16,419 bases of DNA from Candidatus Oleincola secundus (GCA_018400815.1 JAGYLS010000039.1:1-16419); one strand, 5' to 3'; numbered from the stretch's first letter, positions 7,785-15,058 are shown. Translations and numbers: made by a program. Notes: generated from the letters alone by a model not told the origin.

Positions 7785-8014
7785 CTAACCAAAACAACAT
7801 TCAATCTTATCAATAGAAATATCTTCTAATACTTCTGAGTCTTTAATATATTGTTCATCAACAAGATAAGCACTAATCATATCACAAAGCTCGCCTAAAT
7901 TAATTTTAATTAACCTTGTTTTTCTATAATTACCATCTTTAATATAAGCTCGTACTGTTCGAGCTCTGTTTTATGCCTGTTTTCCAATAACTTTTCTAAA
8001 GTGTCTTTATCCAA
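7785..8014 (-). pseudogene. Possibly frameshifted ~76-aa gene after terL
   Basis: TTG 8014 frame (MDKDTLEKLLENRHK...) stops after 34 codons; the -1 frame (NRARTVRAYIKDGNYRKTRLIKINLGELCDMISAYLVDEQ...CCFG*) is open to 7785. One extra A in an A-run would join them. Confidence 0.35.
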
Positions 8015-8015
8015 A

Positions 8016-10058
8016 TTAAATACTATATTTTTTCTCCCAATCCTCCCATCTTTGTTTTAATGAGCGCCTTCCTCTTGATAATTGCCAATGCGCCGGTCTG
8101 TTACCGGAAGACGGCCTATTTGATTTATCGAAGCGCCCTCGTCTTTTGTTGGTATCTGTAGTTTTCATTTTAAGCATTTCTCTTAATGTAACTGGTTTCC
8201 CTTTTTTGTTATAAGTAGCTTTTCTTTGCGAAAGCCGATATACACATCCAGCTATGGCATCGGCAACATCCTTTTCAGAATTAATATCATGGTCTATTTT
8301 GCCGGTAGCCATATCCTGCTTCAGCCCCTTAACTTCACTTTTTATCATTTCATTTTCGGGCAGCCAAAGCCTTGATTCAGATAAAGAAGTTTTCATTTCG
8401 ATATAAGGGTCTGGCTGTTTGTCCACAGATTGCCTTGCGGTGGCTATCCCAACTTTTCTCAACATTTGACTGATAGTTGTGCTGTAAGCAAAATCGGCTG
8501 ACCATGAATCTAAATTTGTCAAATGCTCTTTAAGCGCAAAGAACATCTCCCATATCTTTTCCCTTTTAATTTCACCTTCCAGCGGTGGCACTATTTTTAA
8601 TAACCCAAATATTACATAAATAGGCGCAAAAGCCTCCACTTCCTTTTCAAATTGTTCTTTTTCTTCGTTGAATACATTTTTAGCACTTACAATTTTAGAC
8701 CCCATAGCAGCCCCGATGGCAATACCGGAATTATCTGTATGAAGGGATAAATCGTTATGAGAATGAAACTTTCCATAATTATTAATAGCTTCAATAAAAG
8801 GAATATTAAAAAGACTTTTCAAATTATTTACCTGATTAATATCCACTTCAAATGTGTTGAATATTTGGCTAAACCCATAAAACGCTTCATATTTCTCAAA
8901 GTTTTCAATTAAATAACTTGAGGGTATAAATTTAGAATCTCTTAAAATAGGTTTTCCGGCCACTTCCTGTATAGCTTTAGCTAAATCATCTTCAAAAGTG
9001 TCCAACATTTCAATAGGGATTTCTATAATATCATCGTCCATAGGCCGGGGTTTTTTCTTAAATACCCTTCCCGCACTTAATTCATTAGGAGGCTTCACCC
9101 AAAACTTTTTGCCTGAATATTTATCAGTATCTTTAACCTCCCATAAAGGATAATCGACAACATAAATATAATCTACTTTTTTAGCCTTTTTCTTTCGTGT
9201 TTGGGTAAAATCTTCACTATGATTGGCTGATGATGCCAAATACAACTTTCCCGGCCATTCCCCTGTAGCAAAATTTTCAAATTGGTATTTAATTCTTGCT
9301 TTGATAGCATTGTAATTTTCAGTAGCTTGATCTACCCATTTACCATCTTCTTTGCTTCTTATAGTTTTCATAAAATTGGCTTCATCAATAAAGCCAGAAA
9401 ACACATTTTCTGAAATAGCGGCTGTAGAAGTAGCCGGAACAGGATTAACTTTTATATTATTAGGGAAAACAGCATAATTCTTACCTTTTAATGGAAAATG
9501 GTTATTAAAATAATCTGAAGCCGTAACCATCCCTTTAAATTCTTGGAAGTTTCGTACTGCCTTTATTTCTTTTACAGATTGCATAATAAAAACAATCTCT
9601 GACCCAGGAGCCAACTCATAATGGATTTGAGGGCTATAAAGACAACTTAATTTATAAACATGATAAGCAAAAGCGCAGCAAGCCAAATAAGTTTTCCCTA
9701 TTCTCAGACCCCCTGTCAATACTACTTCATAACAATTATTTTTAGACCCAAAAATATTTATAAGTTCTTCAAGTATTTTAGGCCTTATGGTATTACTGAC
9801 ATTAAGATATTCTCTTCCAAGTAAAAATTCTTCAATATCTACAGGCTGTACTCTGTACCCTGTTTTTAATGCCGCTTGCTGCTTTCCAAATAGCTCTAAA
9901 AAATCAGCTCTTGGTATCTTATCGCCATAAATTTCCTGCATCTTGTAAACTTGCCCAATCATTGCAGTTTTAAATGTATTAGGCAAGTTATATTTAACGG
10001 CTATTTCATTTATATATCTGTTTAAGGTTTCGGCTGATACAAATTTTTTCATAATCAT
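8016..10058 (-). CDS. terL: Terminase large subunit
   Basis: Walker A 'LTGGLRIGKT', Walker B 'GFIDEANF', coupling motif 'LASSA', nuclease 'HNDLS' and 'KIDHDINSEKDVADAIAG'. Native start reassigned to ATG 10058 (or 10052) because the 15 upstream codons lie inside the IS end. Confidence 0.9.
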   Translation of the reverse strand: MIMKKFVSAETLNRYINEIAVKYNLPNTFKTAMIGQVYKMQEIYGDKIPRADFLELFGKQQAALKTGYRVQPVDIEEFLLGREYLNVSNTIRPKILEELINIFGSKNNCYEVVLTGGLRIGKTYLACCAFAYHVYKLSCLYSPQIHYELAPGSEIVFIMQSVKEIKAVRNFQEFKGMVTASDYFNNHFPLKGKNYAVFPNNIKVNPVPATSTAAISENVFSGFIDEANFMKTIRSKEDGKWVDQATENYNAIKARIKYQFENFATGEWPGKLYLASSANHSEDFTQTRKKKAKKVDYIYVVDYPLWEVKDTDKYSGKKFWVKPPNELSAGRVFKKKPRPMDDDIIEIPIEMLDTFEDDLAKAIQEVAGKPILRDSKFIPSSYLIENFEKYEAFYGFSQIFNTFEVDINQVNNLKSLFNIPFIEAINNYGKFHSHNDLSLHTDNSGIAIGAAMGSKIVSAKNVFNEEKEQFEKEVEAFAPIYVIFGLLKIVPPLEGEIKREKIWEMFFALKEHLTNLDSWSADFAYSTTISQMLRKVGIATARQSVDKQPDPYIEMKTSLSESRLWLPENEMIKSEVKGLKQDMATGKIDHDINSEKDVADAIAGCVYRLSQRKATYNKKGKPVTLREMLKMKTTDTNKRRGRFDKSNRPSSGNRPAHWQLSRGRRSLKQRWEDWEKKYSI

Positions 10059-10872
10059 CTGCGAAGAAACCACTATCCCTTTAGGGTAGTGGAGGAATCG
10101 CACCTTCTTTCTATTATTAAATTTTTACGTTTACTTATAATATCTAATTTCTTATAGTTAGCTGATTTATGAATTGTGGTTCCGTCTAATTTTCGTAAAT
10201 CGAAATACCCACTGCTTCTTCTTCCAAAAATAAAACATTCGATATTATCATATTTAACTTTATCAAACAGTCTATATCCTTTGACTATATACGGAGCTTG
10301 ATTGAGTTTCTTTTTACCACCCTTTGTGATATTGGCTTTATGAATTTGTCTATTATGACATCTAACTTTTTTAATATAATACCAATTATTTAATTTTTCG
10401 ACGAGCGGATTGCCGGTTATACATAAAGCATCAATCCTATGAGATTTAGGAAGATTGTTTTTAATCCGGGTGTTCTTGGTGATGTAACCAAATGTCAATT
10501 CTACATATGGCGTTCTTTTAACTACATTCGCTTTACCTTGTTTTAATAGTTTTCTTGCTGTTCGTGGTTTACACGGCATTAACGGTTTTTTGTGTTTGTT
10601 AATAACATAGACTAGCATATAGTCTATCTCCTTTCAGAGTTATTAGCCATCGACAATGTTATAAAGGCTTGTCTTGCAAAGCACACCGTTTCTTACTCTC
10701 AAAACTTTTAATACTTTGCGATAGAGCTACAGACTTGGCTAAACATCCGTAGGTATCATGACCTAAACAACGTAGTTGGAAGTATTTAAGACTCCCAACT
10801 GAGTCTAATCAACCAGGCTTTTTTGGTATTTCTACCTCAAGCTCCGAACCTTTAGGTTCGTGAGTTGTTGAC
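10059..10872 (-). mobile_element. Non-autonomous IS200/IS605-family IscB (ISC/OMEGA) element, internally deleted
   Basis: Starts GTCAAC (10872); subterminal hairpins with identical CCTAAAGG apex at 10842-10864 and 10070-10092; contains omegaRNA and an iscB derivative; no tnpA; 3' flank ATGA. Boundary uncertain by 1 nt. Confidence 0.88.
10073..10618 (-). CDS. iscB: IscB derivative (PLMP/RRXRR N-terminus fused in frame to RuvC-III and C-terminal domain); lacks RuvC-I, bridge helix, RuvC-II and HNH
   Basis: 'MLVYVINKHKKPLMPCKPRTARKLLKQGKANVVKRTP' joins directly to 'YVELTFGYITKNTRIKNNLPKSHRIDALCI...HNRQIHK...GYRLFDKV...FIFGRRSSGYFDLRKLDG'; no GIDxG, RRxRR helix or CxxC/HNH; SD GAAAGGAG. Confidence 0.88.
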   Translation of the reverse strand: MLVYVINKHKKPLMPCKPRTARKLLKQGKANVVKRTPYVELTFGYITKNTRIKNNLPKSHRIDALCITGNPLVEKLNNWYYIKKVRCHNRQIHKANITKGGKKKLNQAPYIVKGYRLFDKVKYDNIECFIFGRRSSGYFDLRKLDGTTIHKSANYKKLDIISKRKNLIIERRCDSSTTLKG

Positions 10873-10892
10873 AAAAGTTTATCCAAAAATCG
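10630..10892 (-). ncRNA. omegaRNA (HEARO-type) scaffold with 5' guide derived from flanking phage DNA
   Basis: Minus strand GTCAAC..hairpin..GCTTG...GTTGATTAGACTCAG...CTACGTT...GGATG..CCAAGTC..GCTCT...AACATTGTCGATG, the conserved HEARO/omegaRNA motif series; guide ~10873-10892 (CGATTTTTGGATAAACTTTT). Confidence 0.85.
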
Positions 10893-11066
10893 TTGACTTA
10901 TTTCGTATTGATTAAAAACCTTGCCGCATAAAGGACACACCCCGCAATCTTCATAGCAAGGTTTATCCCCGAAAAATCCTACAAAATCACTTTTGATTTG
11001 AATATTATACTCCCCACACTCACAAGGTATGTCTGAGTTATAAATAATAAAGCTATTTGTATTCAT
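10809..11066 (-). CDS. Zn-ribbon protein whose last ~20 aa are contributed by the inserted element
   Basis: CECG and CPLCG motifs; native sequence ends at ...FLDKLL (10873); 'STTHEPKGSELEVEIPKKPG' is read from the IS end. Confidence 0.7.
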   Translation of the reverse strand: MNTNSFIIYNSDIPCECGEYNIQIKSDFVGFFGDKPCYEDCGVCPLCGKVFNQYEISQRFLDKLLSTTHEPKGSELEVEIPKKPG

Positions 11067-11067
11067 G

Positions 11068-11304
11068 TCAATTAATATCCTTTTTATCTAAATGTTTGAC
11101 CATTTCAGCATAGTAGGCTGTATGGATTTTTTCTTCCATTTTTAGTACTAATTCGTCTATCATTTTCAGCCCAATTAAATGTGAAAACAGTTTGCATAAT
11201 TGGCTACCATCAAACTCTTTATAAAGCGCATGAGTTAATTCATTACATTTTTTACATTGATTTCCTTCATCAATTTCTTTTCCGCATAAAGTACATTTTG
11301 GCAT
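11068..11304 (-). CDS. Small Zn-finger protein
   Basis: CTLC...CKKC at the N-terminus; SD GGGGAG; tight packing. Confidence 0.7.
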   Translation of the reverse strand: MPKCTLCGKEIDEGNQCKKCNELTHALYKEFDGSQLCKLFSHLIGLKMIDELVLKMEEKIHTAYYAEMVKHLDKKDIN

Positions 11305-11305
11305 T

Positions 11306-11995
11306 TTAATTTCTCCCCTGAATTAGGATTTTTGTCAGTTCTTCCCCTTTTCTTAATCTTGCCAGTTCCTCACAATAATCGTATAAATGTAGTCCGCTAC
11401 AAGAATATATTATTTCACCAGGGATTACCCCAATTTCATCAGCCATATATTTTTGTAATACAGCGGTTGCCGCCATATTAGCACAAAAAGCAGACCACAA
11501 ATCATTTGACCTGTATTGGACATAAAACATAAGGTTATTATGTTTAATTTTCAAGTTAGCCGCTCTCCAACATGGAGGATGCTCTAATTTATAATCATCT
11601 GGAGAAGCCACCTGAAGCACTGCTTGATTAGTGTTAGGGGTTTTTTTCAGCACTTCAATCCAATACGGTATTTGTTTATAAATCCGGCTACCATAAGAAT
11701 AAGACTCCCCCGGCTCAACATAATCCGTCATTATATATGGCAGATATTGTTCTGTATAGCCATTTGGAATTGGGTTAGGAACATTTAAATGTGGGGGCAT
11801 TTGCGGGAGCATCAAATCATAAGGCTCTTGATAAGGGTGTTTGATCCTTATTGTTATATAATCATATTCCAACCGAGTTTGCCCTACAAATGATCCGTGT
11901 TGTATTTTATACCTGTTGCCTTTTTCAAAAATATTATAAACGGCTTGAAAAAAAGCATCAGGTATATTTGTTGCCTCTATATAATAAGGTGTCAA
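11306..11995 (-). CDS. thyA: Thymidylate synthase (short, archaeal-like ThyA fold)
   Basis: 'YSYGSRI', catalytic 'PPC', 'YRSNDLWSAFCAN', 'GLHLY'; Asn at the dUMP-specificity position; TTG start with SD AAGGA. Confidence 0.85.
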   Translation of the reverse strand: MTPYYIEATNIPDAFFQAVYNIFEKGNRYKIQHGSFVGQTRLEYDYITIRIKHPYQEPYDLMLPQMPPHLNVPNPIPNGYTEQYLPYIMTDYVEPGESYSYGSRIYKQIPYWIEVLKKTPNTNQAVLQVASPDDYKLEHPPCWRAANLKIKHNNLMFYVQYRSNDLWSAFCANMAATAVLQKYMADEIGVIPGEIIYSCSGLHLYDYCEELARLRKGEELTKILIQGRN

Positions 11996-12005
11996 TTTTT
12001 TTTCC

Positions 12006-12587
12006 TTATAATTTTGATTTTACACTTTGTTCTTTCGCTATTTTCTCGTAATATGGTGAATTGTAAACAACTGCCAAGGTTACAGAAGAAAACAGACCTT
12101 CACCTTTTCCTAAATACAATAATATATCAGTTTGTTTTGTTTTCCATTTACTATAAAAAGATGTTGTCCCAAGCTCTATTGCATCGGCGGCTGTAGAATA
12201 TTCAGGAACATTCTTTGAGATACTACCAGGCTGACCGTATTTATCTTTTAAAGCATTAAAAAAATTATCAAAATTGTATAGTCCTCTCTTAATGTCCTCC
12301 GATGTGCCGAACAATGGGTTTTGAACGCTATGAAATATTCGGACTTCCTTTAATTTGTCTTCAAAAAAGAAAAAATATATTTTAACATCAATGTCTATTA
12401 TTTTATCTTCAATAAAAATATCCCCGTCATCATCTTTTTGAAATTTATAGCCTTTGAAGCAAGATTTTACTTTTTCAACAGACATCCCCCATTTAGCATC
12501 TCTGTAGCCTTCCGTAAATTCTTGTGCAAATCCCCATAAGGGAAAAAATAATAATAGAATTGCAATAACTATAATTTTTTTATACAT
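12006..12587 (-). CDS. Exported/periplasmic protein with Sec signal peptide
   Basis: Start reassigned to ATG 12587 (GGGGGG SD; removes the overlap with the upstream gene); MYKKIIVIAILLLFFPLWGFA|QE signal peptide; 'GYRDAKWGMS' motif. Confidence 0.75.
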   Translation of the reverse strand: MYKKIIVIAILLLFFPLWGFAQEFTEGYRDAKWGMSVEKVKSCFKGYKFQKDDDGDIFIEDKIIDIDVKIYFFFFEDKLKEVRIFHSVQNPLFGTSEDIKRGLYNFDNFFNALKDKYGQPGSISKNVPEYSTAADAIELGTTSFYSKWKTKQTDILLYLGKGEGLFSSVTLAVVYNSPYYEKIAKEQSVKSKL

Positions 12588-12609
12588 ATTATACCCCCCA
12601 AAATGTATT

Positions 12610-13047
12610 TTAGTCAAAACAAACCACTTCTTTTCTGTATTCATTCACAACTTTTGAATTAATCACTTTATTTAAAATTTTACAATGCGCTGAAGAGTCC
12701 ATATCAAAAGAAATAGTATCATTTGAATAATTAATATACAGTGTCAAAGGGTCATTTTCTTCCGAGCAGGTTTTTTCTTTGTCATAAAGATATTGATCCA
12801 TAAAAAGATTTATGTCTTTCATACCATCTTCTTCACTAACCTTTAAAACTAAATCCATAGACACAAAACAAAGGGAACATACACTAATCTTAGCGTCTCT
12901 GCCTTCTCGTTCTGCCAGCCACTTGTTTTTCAAATATTCAAATCTAACCAACCTTGGAAATTTTTCATTAAGTTCTGTCTTAGTCCTTCTGTATCGCTCG
13001 TTAATTACTTCTATTTCCTCATTAAACAATTTAGCAGCTTCACCCAT
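12610..13047 (-). CDS. Hypothetical protein
   Basis: 145 aa with strong SD AAGGAGG. Confidence 0.75.
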   Translation of the reverse strand: MGEAAKLFNEEIEVINERYRRTKTELNEKFPRLVRFEYLKNKWLAEREGRDAKISVCSLCFVSMDLVLKVSEEDGMKDINLFMDQYLYDKEKTCSEENDPLTLYINYSNDTISFDMDSSAHCKILNKVINSKVVNEYRKEVVCFD

Positions 13048-13062
13048 TTTTTACCCTCCTTT

Positions 13063-13410
13063 TTATTTCAAACTTCTTATCCAAGGTATAACCTTAAAAA
13101 TTAAGAACCTTGCCTCGGCCTTTGCCAGCTCAAAGCATTCATTGCATTGCACTTGAAAGAGTCCTATACGCTTTTGCGGGCTATGTCTACTTTTTTGATG
13201 CTTTATCCATGCTTCATACGGCGTTCGGTTGCACCATCCTTCGCCAACAATATTTCTAACAGGGCAACCAATACACTCATCGTCACTATAATATTGGCAT
13301 AAAGGGCAATTTATAGTCCCTTCATCAACCCCGCCCCGAAAAGCTATATTCAGCCACTTGGCAGCGCTAAGTACTGCCAACCGCAAATTCCTTTCTCGGT
13401 AATTAATCAT
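13063..13410 (-). CDS. Cys-rich hypothetical phage protein
   Basis: CPLC...CIGCPV...C...CNEC; SD GAGGA. Confidence 0.75.
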   Translation of the reverse strand: MINYRERNLRLAVLSAAKWLNIAFRGGVDEGTINCPLCQYYSDDECIGCPVRNIVGEGWCNRTPYEAWIKHQKSRHSPQKRIGLFQVQCNECFELAKAEARFLIFKVIPWIRSLK

Positions 13411-13467
13411 TTATTTTTTCCTCTTTTTTTTATATTGGCTGACCATACTATTGTATTATTTGGTATA

Positions 13468-13695
13468 TCATTTTAGTTTAATAGGTGGGTATACCACTTG
13501 TTGTTGAACCGTCATATTATAGACAGCCTTTTTTAAATCTTCGTATGACTCCTTGACTATCAAGAGTTCGCCCTCATTCCAGCCAAGCAGTGCTCCGCCG
13601 TCGTCTGATGGCCTGGTAACAACTTTGAGTCTGTCAAGATTAATCATCCATTTTGTATCATCATTTCGAGCAGTTACTTCAATCCATTGTGCCAT
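13468..13695 (-). CDS. FlbD-like small beta protein
   Basis: 'WIEVT..ND.TKWMINLDRL......G....VKESYEDL' resembles the FlbD-family pattern; SD GGAGG favours ATG 13695. Confidence 0.5.
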   Translation of the reverse strand: MAQWIEVTARNDDTKWMINLDRLKVVTRPSDDGGALLGWNEGELLIVKESYEDLKKAVYNMTVQQQVVYPPIKLK

Positions 13696-13708
13696 GTTAG
13701 CCTCCATT

Positions 13709-14062
13709 CTATTTTAACGGCAATTTTGCGGGGCCTTTTTTCCCTTCTGCTACTCTTTCAGGCATAAAATTTGGCTGATCCATCAAAGGGGAGTTAGATA
13801 TAACTTTAAGTCTTCCAACATCAAGCCATGCTCCGCTTTGAAAATCGCCATCTTCTCTTAATTTAGATGGCCTAACCAGCGCTTGCACGCATCCGTATAA
13901 GTCGAAGGTTACTGAAGTAACAACCCCCTTATAATCTGAAACTTTATCTTTAACTTCATGCCCTAACAATTCTAAATGTTTTTTAATCATTCCATCTATC
14001 CTTTCTTGCATTTGTGGTTGAGTTGGCTGTCTTTTTCTTTGAGATCGTCCAAATAATTTCAT
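13709..14062 (-). CDS. Hypothetical phage protein (SH3-like 'LGxxVxDxVxxxxGVV...GCxQxxVxP...WxDxxRL' family)
   Basis: Motif recognised from small phage proteins; SD AGGA. Confidence 0.7.
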   Translation of the reverse strand: MKLFGRSQRKRQPTQPQMQERIDGMIKKHLELLGHEVKDKVSDYKGVVTSVTFDLYGCVQALVRPSKLREDGDFQSGAWLDVGRLKVISNSPLMDQPNFMPERVAEGKKGPAKLPLK

Positions 14063-14094
14063 TTATACATCCTAATATTCTTTGCCTGTTCCTA

Positions 14095-14331
14095 CTATAT
14101 TATAGAAAATAAATTAAAGCCTAATTTTAGATTTATGCCATTCATAGCCTCTATAAACCTTCTATTTCCTTCTTCTTTATCTTCTTTGGTAGGAGAACCA
14201 GTGTCCTTGCGATCATCTCGAACCCAACAACCAGGTCTCGTTGTAAAGCAACCTTCAATTTCCCAGGCGTCCTCAATTTCGCTAAGCAATCTTTTTTCAT
14301 CTTTAGTCAATTCCATAAATAATGTTTTCAT
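14095..14331 (-). CDS. Hypothetical protein
   Basis: SD AGGAGG; first gene after the promoter at 14389-14417. Confidence 0.7.
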   Translation of the reverse strand: MKTLFMELTKDEKRLLSEIEDAWEIEGCFTTRPGCWVRDDRKDTGSPTKEDKEEGNRRFIEAMNGINLKLGFNLFSII

Positions 14332-14388
14332 AATTTCCTCCTGTTTAATTTTGTTTTTTAATTAAACTTCATTTCTATTATTTCTTGT

Positions 14389-14417
14389 CTTATACCGTAT
14401 CTGATTTTATTTGTCAA
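14389..14417 (-). promoter_or_regulatory. Strong sigma70-type promoter
   Basis: TTGACA (14417-14412), 17-nt spacer, TATAAG (14394-14389). Confidence 0.75.
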
Positions 14418-14727
14418 GGGTTTTTTGATAATTTATTATTTTTCTTACTTCGTCCAATTTTTGATTAGCTTCAAATCCAGCTTCTTCCTTCTCCATTAGC
14501 ATTAGAAGATACTTGCCCATTGACAAGTTATTGACCTTAGCCCTTTTAGCCAATTTTGGCATCACATCCCTTCTTATATGAAGAAATACCGTTTTTGAAT
14601 TTGTAGGGAGCGGGAGGTTTCCATAGATATAATCAAACCAGCGGCTCGGTGTTAGTCCGGCTTCCCTGGCTTCCTCCCTGATCTTTTTCGCTGTTTCCTC
14701 TGCAATAACATCAAGTCTTATTCCCAT
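14407..14727 (-). CDS. Tandem ribbon-helix-helix (CopG/Arc-like) DNA-binding protein
   Basis: Two strand-helix-helix units: 'IRLDVIAEETAKKIREEAREAGLTPSRWFDYI' and 'KTVFLHIRRDVMPKLAKRAKVNNLSMGKYLLMLME'; SD AAGGAG. Confidence 0.6.
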   Translation of the reverse strand: MGIRLDVIAEETAKKIREEAREAGLTPSRWFDYIYGNLPLPTNSKTVFLHIRRDVMPKLAKRAKVNNLSMGKYLLMLMEKEEAGFEANQKLDEVRKIINYQKTLDK

Positions 14728-14758
14728 ATTAAATCATCTCCTTATATTTTAGTTGCTT

Positions 14759-14775
14759 TGAACTCCAAGTTCAGT
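14759..14775. promoter_or_regulatory. Palindromic protein-binding site, copy 2, upstream of the RHH gene
   Basis: TGAACTCCAAGTTCAGT, the exact reverse complement of 4681-4697. Confidence 0.55.
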
Positions 14776-14930
14776 CATTTTCTGCCTTGCGCAATCCTGA
14801 TTCCCAGCTCAACAAACAAATAAAACCAGTGTCTCAGCGTCCAGCATCTTGCAAACTTGACATCTTTGAGAAAGTCCAATTTGTGTTTTTGCCAATACTC
14901 CTCAACCATTTTCTGTTCAGATTCAGTCAT
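14775..14930 (-). CDS. Small hypothetical protein (51 aa)
   Basis: Not in ORF track. MTESEQKMVEEYWQKHKLDFLKDVKFARCWTLRHWFYLFVELGIRIAQGRK*; SD AAGGGTG. Confidence 0.6.
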   Translation of the reverse strand: MTESEQKMVEEYWQKHKLDFLKDVKFARCWTLRHWFYLFVELGIRIAQGRK

Positions 14931-14944
14931 TTTTCACCCTTTCA

Positions 14945-15058
14945 TTAACTCGCCTCGGCCGTTGTTATTGTAATAATTATAGTTAATGGTGAACTATACT
15001 CTTTGACTTCAGAAACAAGCAGATGCCCATAGTCTTCCGTTGTTGTCGTGTCATTCAT
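14945..15058 (-). CDS. Small hypothetical protein (37 aa)
   Basis: Not in ORF track. MNDTTTTEDYGHLLVSEVKEYSSPLTIIITITTAEAS*; preceded by the shared junction motif; fills the gap. Confidence 0.4.
   Translation of the reverse strand: MNDTTTTEDYGHLLVSEVKEYSSPLTIIITITTAEAS

Noticed and set aside
4211..8015. Partial guide matches (TTTGGATAAA) near 4211-4221 and 8006-8015 as regulatory targets
   Set aside because: Only 10-11 AT-rich nt, mismatched in the TAM-proximal part and not followed by ATGA; explained by common L-D-K codons.
10059..10103. TerL N-terminus MRFLHYPKGIVVSSQ from the ORF track
   Set aside because: These codons are the IS terminal hairpin, not ancestral terminase sequence.
10059..10872. 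Element begins GT and ends with a pyrimidine tract plus CAG, like a spliceosomal intron; the terminal G also suggests a group I intron/IStron
   Set aside because: Prokaryotic phage context; the non-coding part is fully explained by omegaRNA motifs and I see no group I core. RT-PCR across the junction would settle it.
10892..10897. Second GTCAAC as an alternative element end or target-site duplication
   Set aside because: Only the 10872 copy is followed by the terminal hairpin, and IS200/IS605 elements make no TSD.
11306..11995. dCMP hydroxymethylase (modified-cytosine pathway)
   Set aside because: The specificity residue after RSxD is Asn (dUMP type), not Asp, and no glycosyltransferase or related modification genes are in the window.
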